This document shows, one piece after another, positions 25,268-35,200 of a stretch of DNA of 64,000 nucleotides. How positions within the stretch are numbered: the stretch's first letter is position 1; each line of letters starts with the position of its first letter. Under the pieces are notes generated by a model that made no database searches, was not told the origin of the DNA, and saw nothing but the letters and a program-made list of their open reading frames with translations. The stretch spans positions 888,530 through 952,529 of the forward strand of contig CP170456.1 in NCBI GenBank assembly GCA_047947105.1, given 5' to 3'. Position numbers and translations under genes: made by a program. The stretch comes from Fluviicola sp. Its GTDB lineage: Bacteria; Bacteroidota; Bacteroidia; Flavobacteriales_D; Crocinitomicaceae.

Positions 25268-26016
25268 CAAACACCCCATCGAAAATTTATTTCGCCTCTG
25301 ATTTTCACCTCGGAGCACCCGACTATGATAAAAGTTTGGAGCGTGAGAAAAAAATTGTGGCGTGGTTGGATCATATCAAACAAGATGCAAAGGAAATCTA
25401 TCTTGTTGGAGATATTTTCGATTTTTGGTTCGAGTATAAACGCGCTATTCCCAAAGGATTCGTTCGTTTACAGGGGAAAATAGCAGAGATCACAGACAGC
25501 GGAATTCCAGTCCATATTTTTACGGGAAACCACGATATGTGGATTTTTGATTACATCCCCAAAGAACTTGGCGTTCAATTGCATCGTGAACCCATCACAA
25601 AAGAATTTTTCGGTAAAAAATATTTTATTGGTCATGGGGATGGACTTGGACCTGGAGATAAAGGCTACAAGTTCTTGAAAAAAGTATTTGCGAATAAGTT
25701 TTGTCAGTGGTGTTTCGCCAGACTACATCCAAACTTTGGAATATGGCTTGCGGATAAATCCTCAAAAACAAGTCGGGCCCATACCGGAAATGCCGATGAA
25801 AAATACCACGGTGATGACAAGGAGTGGTTGGTGATATTCTGTAAAGAAATGCTGGAAAAAGAGCATTTCGACTATTTCATTTTCGGTCATCGACATTTGC
25901 CTATTGAGAAAGAGGTTGGCGATAACGCTACTTATTACAACCTGGGGGAATGGATTAACTACTGTACCTATTTAGAGGTAAGTGAGTCTTCTGTTGCAAT
26001 GAAAACCTGGAAATAA
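25264..26016 (+). CDS. UDP-2,3-diacylglucosamine diphosphatase-like metallophosphoesterase
   Basis: 'IYFASDFHLG', 'VGDIFDFW', 'GNHDMW' and 'GHGD'. Confidence 0.75.
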   Translation: MTNTPSKIYFASDFHLGAPDYDKSLEREKKIVAWLDHIKQDAKEIYLVGDIFDFWFEYKRAIPKGFVRLQGKIAEITDSGIPVHIFTGNHDMWIFDYIPKELGVQLHREPITKEFFGKKYFIGHGDGLGPGDKGYKFLKKVFANKFCQWCFARLHPNFGIWLADKSSKTSRAHTGNADEKYHGDDKEWLVIFCKEMLEKEHFDYFIFGHRHLPIEKEVGDNATYYNLGEWINYCTYLEVSESSVAMKTWK

Positions 26017-26042
26017 CCAAATCTTCAAAATTCTGGTCAACG

Positions 26043-26909
26043 CTATTCGAGTACGGCGTTCGTAGTTTTCAAAATAATGGGTGACTCATTCCAGTTTAAC
26101 CGAGTTCCCGTTTGTTGAACCTCTTCAGGACGCAGCACTTCGGTAGAATCCCAAAGTCCCGTCTCCAATGTTTTTGCATAGACTTCAGGCAACTTTGCAT
26201 TGCGCATTTTTTCTTGTGTGGATCGCCAATCGTACGATAAACGATGAAATTTGACCTCAAAGCCTTCTTTGCTCTTATCTATTGTGGTAAACCAAACATC
26301 TTGTGTTCCGTCATTTCCTGGCATTCCAAGTGCCCCTGAATTGATCCAGGCCTTTGATTCTTTTTGATCCAAAAAGGGAACTCCACAATGACCTGCGATC
26401 ATTTTCTGAACATCCAGATAATTCAACCCTTTTTGCTTTTCCTCCCATGGAGATGATAAATACACAAAACGAGACGTTTCGGAAGGCGCACCATGGCAAA
26501 CACCCCACTTCTCCCCTCCAAACTCCAGAATGAGCTGTTCGGGCAAAGTATTCATCCAGTGTAAACGCTCTTCTGTAATTTGCGCTTGAGCATAAGGGTA
26601 CCAGCGCTGGGAATGTAGGTCACAAGATGAATTCTCATTAAAATTACACCCACAGTCTTCTTCCCTATTTCTCAATTGTATCTCTACATTTCCAGCAATG
26701 CAGTGAATTCCCCAATCCGCAACAAGGTCTACGCATGCTTGCGCATCTGCACAGTACGCAACTACATCGCCCGTACACACTATCGAATCTGCACTATAAT
26801 TATTTGTGTCGGCCCAAGCTTTAAGGGCTTGCAACGCTTCATAGTTACTATAAACGCCGCCCATAACGAGCAACCTCTCTCCTACTATTTTTCTTACTTC
26901 GATTTCCAT
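26043..26909 (-). CDS. metallophosphoesterase family protein
   Basis: 'VMGGVYSN', 'CTGDVVAY', 'AGNVE' and 'GHCG' are calcineurin-like phosphoesterase motifs. Overlaps the upstream transporter gene by 16 nt. Confidence 0.55.
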   Translation of the reverse strand: MEIEVRKIVGERLLVMGGVYSNYEALQALKAWADTNNYSADSIVCTGDVVAYCADAQACVDLVADWGIHCIAGNVEIQLRNREEDCGCNFNENSSCDLHSQRWYPYAQAQITEERLHWMNTLPEQLILEFGGEKWGVCHGAPSETSRFVYLSSPWEEKQKGLNYLDVQKMIAGHCGVPFLDQKESKAWINSGALGMPGNDGTQDVWFTTIDKSKEGFEVKFHRLSYDWRSTQEKMRNAKLPEVYAKTLETGLWDSTEVLRPEEVQQTGTRLNWNESPIILKTTNAVLE

Positions 26910-28249
26910 TGCGTTGCAAAATACGGAATTAAAAACGCAGCAAACGCCGCTATTGAGCCTATAACATTGATAAATAAATAATCTGCATATTTACCAGTTG
27001 TCCAAAACCAAGAAGTCGGTATCCAACCTTGAATTAGAACGACTCCGGAGAGTAATCCAATTCCAACAGATAAATAGAACGAAATCCGTGGTGCAGGCAG
27101 TTTCCAAAGAAGAAAAATAGGAGCTAGACCAATTACCATGGTACCGCTGATAGTGGTTGCAGATAAAATTTCAGGGTCTAGAAAAACTGGAATTGTTCCA
27201 ATTACTGCCAGAACAATCATCGCAATGCGCCCAGCTCGAATTGAGATACTGGAATTCTTTCGAATATCTATCACCCATAGCTTAGAGAAACTACTAAATG
27301 CAGAATCTAAGGTAGAAGTCGCGGAGGTCAACATAATTAAATTCATCAGAATCAACAACGGGATTCCGAAGCTGCGAGCAAATCCATTTAAGGCCATTTC
27401 GCTACCATTGACGCGCATGGCAACCCCAACAAGACTGAAAAGAATAATGCAAATTCCTCCAACGAAAGCTGCAATTGTATAGCTTTTGCGCATTTTTTTG
27501 GGATCATTTATAAAGGCTCTGTCCGTCATCACTGGATCGTGGAAGGGGTAACTCAAGCTTTGAACCACTGCCAGAACCAATAAGTTTACTCCGGAATCAA
27601 AAGACCAAACACCCCAGAAGCTGGAATCGAGTGAGTTTCCAGAAAAAGAAGGCAATACCATTACTAATATCACCAGCAGAAAGACGGCAAACAAAAGCAT
27701 TTGAATGACATCCGTGAATAAGGATGCTTTTAAACCACCTTTCAATACGTAAGCAAGCGTTAAAACCGTGAATACAACTATGGAAATGTAGTAACCATTC
27801 GAGCCTACGTCACCAAAAAAGCCCCCGATAACCATCGTGTTCGACCATATTTCATTAAAAAGTCGAATCGCAATGAGCACGGAAAAAATACGTGTTGCTG
27901 TTCTTCCAAATCGATCGTTTAAGAAGGCATGTATGGATGTCCATTTCCCTTTTGTTCTGAGTTGATAAATCACATAACCGGCCACCAGAAAGGAAAGGTA
28001 GTAACCAGCATAGGCAACTCCTCCCAGCAGTCCATAATCATTTCCCAGACCCGCCGCATTCACGATGGATTTGGCAAAAATCCAGGAAATGATTAGACCA
28101 CTTGTAAGGACAAAGACATTGGGCTCTTTCGCGGCATTTTCGCTTCCTTTAAAGAAGTCGCGATTTCCCAGTGCTTTCGGAGAAAACACAAAGAATGCCG
28201 CTAATACAGCAATGAGCAAACCCCATTGAAGATACAGTTCCAATGTCAT
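26894..28249 (-). CDS. sodium:solute symporter family transporter
   Basis: About 12-13 TM helices. N-terminal 'FFKGSE....VLTSGLIISWIFAKSIVNAA' fits an SSS-like pattern. Confidence 0.6.
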   Translation of the reverse strand: MTLELYLQWGLLIAVLAAFFVFSPKALGNRDFFKGSENAAKEPNVFVLTSGLIISWIFAKSIVNAAGLGNDYGLLGGVAYAGYYLSFLVAGYVIYQLRTKGKWTSIHAFLNDRFGRTATRIFSVLIAIRLFNEIWSNTMVIGGFFGDVGSNGYYISIVVFTVLTLAYVLKGGLKASLFTDVIQMLLFAVFLLVILVMVLPSFSGNSLDSSFWGVWSFDSGVNLLVLAVVQSLSYPFHDPVMTDRAFINDPKKMRKSYTIAAFVGGICIILFSLVGVAMRVNGSEMALNGFARSFGIPLLILMNLIMLTSATSTLDSAFSSFSKLWVIDIRKNSSISIRAGRIAMIVLAVIGTIPVFLDPEILSATTISGTMVIGLAPIFLLWKLPAPRISFYLSVGIGLLSGVVLIQGWIPTSWFWTTGKYADYLFINVIGSIAAFAAFLIPYFATQWKSK

Positions 28250-28261
28250 GAATTCATGGAA

Positions 28262-29716
28262 TTAAAATACGTCCCACCAAACTTTAGCGTTTACGCTATT
28301 GCCTGATGTATTTGCCGCTGCTGTTGAGTAGTTACCCGCGTTCAAGGCAATTTCATCTGCTGGGTAAGGCAATCGAACAGGATATGCTCCTCCGTTTAAG
28401 CTGGCAGATACTGGCATCAACTGCGGGAAGCCTGTACGCGTGTACTCAATCCAAGACTCATAAGAGTTGATGGTATTGGCAATCCATTTTTGCGTGATGA
28501 TCTGTTCCAGTCCATTGGTAGCGTTATAAGCAGCATTGCCAGTCGTCAAATAATCCGAAGGCATCGCAACACTCCAATAGGTAAACGCTTGTGCAACTCC
28601 TTCCTCATACAAGGTTTGAGCAGAAGCTGCGATGTACCCTTTCTGTGCGCACTCTGCAAGTAAGAATCGTGTTTCCCAAGAGGTTAGGAAATTGCACTTC
28701 AAAGCACCTGTGTTCTCCCTGAAAATCATTCCTGCGAAAGAGTAATCGGAAAGGGAAATGGTGGTTTGCGAATTATCAATTCCGTTGATCAATCCGTTTA
28801 AAACGTTCGGATCGTTTCCTGTGCCACGGAAAAACAACTCAAATCGAGGGTCGTTTAATTCCATGTAAATCGAATCGGCTGTTTCTGACATTACGTACAG
28901 TCCAAAATCTCCCTGACGTAATTTTTCCATTCTGAAACTATTTGGTTGCGAATCAGAAAACCAGAAAAATGCATCATCCGCTCCAGACATCATGTAATCA
29001 TTGTCGTTGTACAAAATCTGAAGTTCTTGAGCAACATCCAAAGCAATCGAATTGTCACGGTCAGCGATCCGTACCAATGCTTTTATCTTTAAGCTTTTGG
29101 CAAACTTACGCCATTGATTCAAATCGCCACTAAATAGGATGTCTCCTCCCAACGTTTGCACACCAGTATAGTTATCAATCGCCAAAATCGCTTTATCCAA
29201 TTGATCCAGGATTCCGTCTTCACCAGTATAAATAGACTCTTGAGAGTCATACACTGGCGTTGTAGTTCCTTCCAAACCAAGTAATGCTTCGCTGTAAGGA
29301 ATATCACCGTACATATCCGTGAGCATCTGTGTCATGTACGCCTTCATGATGCGCGCTGGCCCCTCGTAGACTTTATACACATCACGTTCCATGGACTTAT
29401 CCAATACAATTTGGTTGTCGCGTAGGTTTTGATACAAAGCTGGCCATGGATTTCCACCCAATTGTGGCTGATTGAGGTTGTGTCGATCAAACAGGTTAAA
29501 ATCGACCATACTAAAATGTTGTCCTAATAGATTTCCGGCTACAAATCCTTCATAAGACATGTTCTCGCCTACATCGTAAAGAACTTGTCGAAACAACAGG
29601 TCTGGCTCCACATCTACGGGATTGTTTACGTTCGTATTGATTTTTTCAAAATCCTTGGTACACGACGCTGCGGTGATTCCAAGAAGTAATAAAAAGATAT
29701 ATTTTAAAGTTTTCAT
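28262..29716 (-). CDS. SusD/RagB family nutrient-binding outer-membrane lipoprotein
   Basis: Lipobox 'ITAASC'. It lies immediately downstream of the SusC-type gene. The C-terminus 'AKVWWDVF' is typical of the SusD-like_2 class. Confidence 0.8.
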   Translation of the reverse strand: MKTLKYIFLLLLGITAASCTKDFEKINTNVNNPVDVEPDLLFRQVLYDVGENMSYEGFVAGNLLGQHFSMVDFNLFDRHNLNQPQLGGNPWPALYQNLRDNQIVLDKSMERDVYKVYEGPARIMKAYMTQMLTDMYGDIPYSEALLGLEGTTTPVYDSQESIYTGEDGILDQLDKAILAIDNYTGVQTLGGDILFSGDLNQWRKFAKSLKIKALVRIADRDNSIALDVAQELQILYNDNDYMMSGADDAFFWFSDSQPNSFRMEKLRQGDFGLYVMSETADSIYMELNDPRFELFFRGTGNDPNVLNGLINGIDNSQTTISLSDYSFAGMIFRENTGALKCNFLTSWETRFLLAECAQKGYIAASAQTLYEEGVAQAFTYWSVAMPSDYLTTGNAAYNATNGLEQIITQKWIANTINSYESWIEYTRTGFPQLMPVSASLNGGAYPVRLPYPADEIALNAGNYSTAAANTSGNSVNAKVWWDVF

Positions 29717-29726
29717 AGTCTAGTTC

Positions 29727-32700
29727 TTAAAAGTTATAACCCAGCTTAATTCCGATGCTTCTCGTAGATGCGTAGGACATATTTTCTACTCCGCGTGTGA
29801 ATTGATTTCCTTGCGTCGCTAGTTGTTCTGGATCAAAATGTGGAATGGACGATATTGCGAATAAATTTCTTCCAATTACTGCTACTCGGAAGGTTCTATG
29901 CGCTGCCACAAATCCTTTTTCCTTTGCTTCATTTCGGAAAGTATAACCAATAGAAAACTGACGCAACTTCAAGAAAGAGGCGTTGTACATGTTATTCTCC
30001 TCATGGTTACGATCGTAATATTGGCGGTAATAAGACTCTGCAGAAATAGCCGTAGTATTTTCTTCATACACAGGATTCTCTTCGGTTCCTACATTCACCA
30101 CTCCATCTACTACAATTCCTTCCTCAGGACGATTTTCGGTTTCGATCAACTGACCTCCAACACCAGCCAACGCTAACGTTCTTGAAATCAAAGATCCACC
30201 TTGCTGCCAATCGAATAAGAAACTAAAGTCAAAGTTCTTATACGAAAGGTCATTCTTCCAGCTTAGTACAAAATCAGGGTTGTAATTCCCTAGCTTTTTC
30301 ACTTCATTATCTACCACAAAGTTTCCATTTGCATCAACGATGAAGCGTCCATCTTCAGTTTTCGCATATCCTGTTCCGTACATGTCACCGATTCTTCCTC
30401 CTTCTTCCACTTGATACCAAACCGTTTGGTTCACATTATCGTAGATTCGATTGTAAGCAAGCGTTATGGTGGTAGCGCCCTCAGGTAATTCTTCAACCGT
30501 TGCTACATTTCGTGAAAAGTTCAAGCCTGTGTTCCAAGAGAAATGTTCCTTTTGAACAGCGTTGATTTGTGCAAACATTTCTAAACCTCTCGTTCTAACC
30601 TTACCTCCATTTACGACCTGCTGCGTGTATCCTGAAGAAATGGCAACTGGCAAAGACAAAATTTGATTTACCGTATAGGCATCGTAGTACGTAACATCAA
30701 ATCGTAGGCGGTTGTCGAAGAGACGAATGTCCGTTCCAAATTCATAGCTCGTCGTTCTTTCCGGCAATAAATTGCTATTTGGAATGGTAGATTGCGCACT
30801 TACCGTCGGTTGATTGTTATATGCTACTTGTGGAATATAGACTCCAACCGTTTGATATGGATCTGTATCATTTCCAACTTGAGCGACACTTGCACGTAGC
30901 TTGACGAAACTGAATGCTTCTGGTAAGTTCACTGTTCGGCTCAAAACGTACGACAATGAAGCCGATGGATAGAAGAATGAAGCATTAGCAGAAGACGTCG
31001 GAGTTGCTAATGCGCTTGACCAGTCGTTTCTTCCAGTAACGTCTAAAAATAAATAGGATTTGTAACGCAAACGTGCAATTCCGTATACACTGTTGATCCG
31101 TTTTTGTGTGCTGTACTCAGCTGTTTCCAATGGAACGGATGAGTTTGATAAGGTGTACGTTCCTGGTTGAGCCAACGCGTTCGCGATTACAAAACTGTTG
31201 TTCGAGCTTTGATCCATTCGGTTGGCACCACCGGAAATTTCTAAACCGAAATTATCCCACTTGTTCGAATACGTGGCCAAAATATCGGTATTCTGCTCAC
31301 GAAAACCAACGGCTTGTTCTGCATAGGCTCCTTGCTGGAATCGATTCGAGCTGTAGGCTCTGCGAAATTCCCTTCCTTCCTGAGAGAAGTCAATCCCTGT
31401 GCGTACACGAACATTCCAATGTGCATTGAACTTGTATTCTGCATTCACACCTCCAATCATTCGATCCCGAGCAAAACTGTTACGGTTTTCATACAAGGTG
31501 AAATATGGGTTATCAAAGTACAAATAGTTGAACGAGTACTGCTGACGCCCTTCCAATCCAGGTTGCCAGTAGTCCTCCATTGCAGAAATATCCAAACTTC
31601 TCGGGCCCCAGGCAACTAAAGAATAATTCAAGTTTTCAGAACCATATCCAGAAGACGGTCGGTTATCACTGCTTGATCTTGCATACTGTAAACTTGAAGT
31701 GATTGACAATTTTTCCGTTGGTTGGAATGACATATTCGCCAATGCGTTGGTGCGGTCGAAGTTAACGCCAGGAATTATCCCTTTTGCTCGTGTATCTGTA
31801 ACCGAAAATCGAACGCTTCCTTTATCGAAAGCATTAGATATAGCTATGTTTTGAATTGATGTGACTCCTGTTTGATAAAAATCCTTCAGGTTGTCTTCGT
31901 AAGAAACCATTTCTGTTGGTGTAATCGGTGCGCCACCGTGCACTGCCACATCTCCTCCTCGAACATAGGTTCCATCGGGCATCAAGACAGGACTGTCGAA
32001 CTGAGTTGTCATTACACCAGCATTCAGTTCTGGCCCCCAGCTGTAGCTAATACCATCATTTACACCTCCGCCGAGTCCGTCTTGAAAAGCGAACTGTCCG
32101 TTGTTTCCTTGTCCGTACGAATTTTGGAATTCCGGCAACGTAAATGCGTCATCAATATAAGTGGTACTGTTAAAAGTAATTCCCAAGCCTTTCTGTCGCT
32201 TTCCTTGTTTTGTGGTGATCACGATCACGCCATTCGAAGCGCGTGTCCCATACAAAGCTGCTGCAGACGGACCTTTCAATACCGTAACAGACTCGATATC
32301 ATCTGGGTTCACATCCATAGCACCGTTACCAAAATCAACGCTCTGAAAACCAGCCGCTGCATCATTTGTCGGGTTGACCACAGAATTGTTGTTAATTATG
32401 ATTCCATCAATGACAAACAAAGGGTTGTTGTTCGTGAAAGACGCTTCTCCCCTAATACTAATTGTAGAGGTAGACCCAACACCCGTTGCTCCTTGCGTTA
32501 CCTGGACACCGGCGATTTGTCCAGCGAGATTATCCAGAACATTGAGAGATTTCACTTCGGAAACTTCATCGCCTTCCAGTGTTTGAACAGTGTACCCCAG
32601 GTCTGTCGTAGATCGCTTTTGAGATAAAGCCGTCACAACGACGTCCTCTACCTCTTGAAAAATGGAAACCAGTGGAATAGAAATGATACTGGTAGCATTG

Positions 32701-32954
32701 CCCACTGTAAGCGTTTTCGGTTCGAATCCGCGAGCAGTGATGGTTAATTGTAAGGAATCTTTCTCTGAACGAATGGTAAACTTCCCTTGGGTGTTAGATA
32801 AGTAGTTGTTCTCGGTGCCTACCTCGGATATTCTTGCTCCGTAGATCGGTTCATTCGTTGAAGCGCTTGTAATAACGCCAGTAAAAGTGTATTCCTGTGC
32901 ATAGGTAACACAAGATACAGCCATGAAGCACATGGCTAGTAAAAGTAGTCTCAT
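29727..32954 (-). CDS. SusC/RagA family TonB-linked outer-membrane transporter
   Basis: N-terminal carboxypeptidase-regulatory-like domain ('FTGVITSASTNEPIYGARI'), plug ('IRGEASFTNNNPLFVIDGI'), a 1075-aa barrel, and a terminal 'GIKLGYNF'. Confidence 0.9.
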   Translation of the reverse strand: MRLLLLAMCFMAVSCVTYAQEYTFTGVITSASTNEPIYGARISEVGTENNYLSNTQGKFTIRSEKDSLQLTITARGFEPKTLTVGNATSIISIPLVSIFQEVEDVVVTALSQKRSTTDLGYTVQTLEGDEVSEVKSLNVLDNLAGQIAGVQVTQGATGVGSTSTISIRGEASFTNNNPLFVIDGIIINNNSVVNPTNDAAAGFQSVDFGNGAMDVNPDDIESVTVLKGPSAAALYGTRASNGVIVITTKQGKRQKGLGITFNSTTYIDDAFTLPEFQNSYGQGNNGQFAFQDGLGGGVNDGISYSWGPELNAGVMTTQFDSPVLMPDGTYVRGGDVAVHGGAPITPTEMVSYEDNLKDFYQTGVTSIQNIAISNAFDKGSVRFSVTDTRAKGIIPGVNFDRTNALANMSFQPTEKLSITSSLQYARSSSDNRPSSGYGSENLNYSLVAWGPRSLDISAMEDYWQPGLEGRQQYSFNYLYFDNPYFTLYENRNSFARDRMIGGVNAEYKFNAHWNVRVRTGIDFSQEGREFRRAYSSNRFQQGAYAEQAVGFREQNTDILATYSNKWDNFGLEISGGANRMDQSSNNSFVIANALAQPGTYTLSNSSVPLETAEYSTQKRINSVYGIARLRYKSYLFLDVTGRNDWSSALATPTSSANASFFYPSASLSYVLSRTVNLPEAFSFVKLRASVAQVGNDTDPYQTVGVYIPQVAYNNQPTVSAQSTIPNSNLLPERTTSYEFGTDIRLFDNRLRFDVTYYDAYTVNQILSLPVAISSGYTQQVVNGGKVRTRGLEMFAQINAVQKEHFSWNTGLNFSRNVATVEELPEGATTITLAYNRIYDNVNQTVWYQVEEGGRIGDMYGTGYAKTEDGRFIVDANGNFVVDNEVKKLGNYNPDFVLSWKNDLSYKNFDFSFLFDWQQGGSLISRTLALAGVGGQLIETENRPEEGIVVDGVVNVGTEENPVYEENTTAISAESYYRQYYDRNHEENNMYNASFLKLRQFSIGYTFRNEAKEKGFVAAHRTFRVAVIGRNLFAISSIPHFDPEQLATQGNQFTRGVENMSYASTRSIGIKLGYNF

Positions 32955-32994
32955 AGTAAGTGTAAAAATTAAAAGTTGTTTTCGTTTTCTTTCA

Positions 32995-33678
32995 TTAAGT
33001 CAAGACTTCAGGAGGCCCACGACGCCATTGAGGCGACAACTTTACATAGGTTGAATTAGGGCTAAGAAACCCCACTTTTAAACTTCCTTTTGAGGAAAGA
33101 AGCGTTCTAATTGTTCTGGAAAATGAAGACTGATTGGTGAGAATAAACTTCCGCAGGTCATGTAGACTGTTGATATCATGCAACCGTCGCAATTCGCAAA
33201 ATTCTGGAAAAGCGAACACACAATCTCTCCATAAGTTTTGTTGTCGCCAGGAAAGCTGCTGGAAGTTGGATTTATTCTTCTCGAAACTATTTCGGTTCAG
33301 TCCTATCAGGTACAACCCGCCACGATAATCTGGTCCAAGAACTATATCTGATTTCTTGATTTGATCACTGGCATTTAAAACATCTGATGCGCTTAGTTCC
33401 ACGCAATCATTACCAACAAGAATCAGCTGGTCATACCCTTGATCGAAACCGTATTGAAAAGCGCCTACAATATTCTCCCCGAATAACTCTGCTTCCTGCA
33501 AATACTCATTGTAGTAAATAATATCAAGACCTGTTTTTCTAAGTGTCTTGAGAGAGCGACTGATAATGGCTGACGTGATCTTCGCATTTACGTAAAAGGA
33601 AGGATCAAAGATTTTACTCTGAGATTCAGATACTTGGGTTCTACTAAAGAAAATGACTGCAGTCTTGTCAGCTCTCAT
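32995..33678 (-). CDS. DUF2064-type glycosyltransferase-like protein
   Basis: 'AVIFFSR' N-terminus and 'LVGNDCVELSASDV' resemble the DUF2064/TIGR04282 pattern. This rests on memory only. Confidence 0.45.
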   Translation of the reverse strand: MRADKTAVIFFSRTQVSESQSKIFDPSFYVNAKITSAIISRSLKTLRKTGLDIIYYNEYLQEAELFGENIVGAFQYGFDQGYDQLILVGNDCVELSASDVLNASDQIKKSDIVLGPDYRGGLYLIGLNRNSFEKNKSNFQQLSWRQQNLWRDCVFAFPEFCELRRLHDINSLHDLRKFILTNQSSFSRTIRTLLSSKGSLKVGFLSPNSTYVKLSPQWRRGPPEVLT

Positions 33679-33785
33679 AAGTTTCGTTTCGTCGCTATAT
33701 TGACGGAGGTAATATTGATTGCTTACAGCAGTCTTTCTATTTTTTTATGCCTTCGTGTAAAAATACTCAAGCAGCGTTTAAAGTA

Positions 33786-35135
33786 TCACATGCCAGGAAA
33801 TCCAGCACCACCACCCTTCATTTGCTTCATCATTTGACGCATATTCTTTGGGTTCGACATCATCTTCATCATTTTCTTGGTGTCACCAAATTGTTTCATC
33901 AACTTGTTCACTTCCTGCATACTAGTACCACTACCCTTTGCAATACGTGACTTTCGTGCACCATTGATGATTTGTGGATTGGCTCTTTCTTGCGGCGTCA
34001 TGGAGTGAATAATTGCCTCGATATGTTTGAACGCGTCGTCTTCGATTTCAACATCCTTCATGGCTTTTCCCATTCCTGGAAGCATTCCCATCAAGTCCTT
34101 CACGTTCCCCATCTTCTTTACTTGTTGAAGTTGGTTTAAGAAGTCATTGAAATCAAACTGGTTTTTCTGAATTTTCTTTTGAAGTTTGCGTGCTTCTTCT
34201 TCGTTGAACTGCTCCTGAGCGCGCTCAACCAAGGAAACCACATCCCCCTTACCAAGGATTCGATCCGCCATACGAGCTGGGTAGAATACATCCAAGGCAT
34301 CCATCTTTTCGCCCGTTCCGACAAACTTGATTGGTTTGTTAACAACCGCCTTGATTGATAAGGCTGCTCCACCTCGGGTATCACCGTCCAACTTAGTTAG
34401 TACAACTCCATCAAAATTGATACGCTCGTTGAAGGTTTTCGCTGTGTTTACCGCATCCTGCCCTGTCATGGCATCCACCACGAACAAGGTTTCTGTGGGC
34501 TTGATCGTATTCTTAACCTCAGCAATTTCGGCCATCATTTGTTCGTCTACGGCCAAACGTCCCGCGGTATCAATAATAACCACGTTGAAGCCTTTGCTCT
34601 TGGCATGTTGAATCGCAGCTTGCGCAATTTTTACGGGATTCTTTTCTTCCTTGTTCGAGAAAACCTCAACATCTAATTGCTCACCAAGAACATGCAACTG
34701 ATCAATCGCCGCTGGACGGTACACGTCGCAGGCTACCAACAAAGGTTTCTTGCCTTTCTTGTTTTTGAGGTAGTTGGCCAGTTTTCCCGAGAAAGTCGTT
34801 TTACCTGAACCTTGAAGTCCCGACATCAAAACTATTCCAGGATTCCCTTTCACGTCAATTTCAACCTCGTTTCCACCCATGAGTTCTTTTAACTCTTCAT
34901 GACAAATCTTAATAAGGAGTTGTCCAGGGGAAATAGCCGTTAATACATTCTGACCTAAAGCCTTTTCTTTAACAGTGTTCGTGAATTCTTTCGCTGTTTT
35001 GAAGTTCACATCGGCATCCAACAAGGCACGACGTACTTCCTTCAAAGTTTCTGCAACGTTGATTTCTGTGATTTGCCCTTGTCCTTTGAGGACTTTAAAG
35101 GCTCTTTCGAACTTATCCGTTAAATTTTCAAACAT
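33786..35135 (-). CDS. ffh: signal recognition particle protein
   Basis: 'GLQGSGKTT', 'DTAGR', 'TKLDGD', and a Met-rich M domain at the C-terminus. Confidence 0.95.
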   Translation of the reverse strand: MFENLTDKFERAFKVLKGQGQITEINVAETLKEVRRALLDADVNFKTAKEFTNTVKEKALGQNVLTAISPGQLLIKICHEELKELMGGNEVEIDVKGNPGIVLMSGLQGSGKTTFSGKLANYLKNKKGKKPLLVACDVYRPAAIDQLHVLGEQLDVEVFSNKEEKNPVKIAQAAIQHAKSKGFNVVIIDTAGRLAVDEQMMAEIAEVKNTIKPTETLFVVDAMTGQDAVNTAKTFNERINFDGVVLTKLDGDTRGGAALSIKAVVNKPIKFVGTGEKMDALDVFYPARMADRILGKGDVVSLVERAQEQFNEEEARKLQKKIQKNQFDFNDFLNQLQQVKKMGNVKDLMGMLPGMGKAMKDVEIEDDAFKHIEAIIHSMTPQERANPQIINGARKSRIAKGSGTSMQEVNKLMKQFGDTKKMMKMMSNPKNMRQMMKQMKGGGAGFPGM

Positions 35136-35200
35136 ATTTTTTCGATTTCAGGAGTACAAAACTAACAAAAACTCAGTGGATACGGGGTGACTAGACGCGC

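Noticed and set aside
31872-32627. 251-aa plus-strand ORF, with neighbours 31106..31619 and 32161..32586
   Set aside because: They lie entirely antisense within the 1075-aa SusC-type gene. The translations are Cys/Arg/Ser-rich and nonsensical, so they are shadow ORFs.
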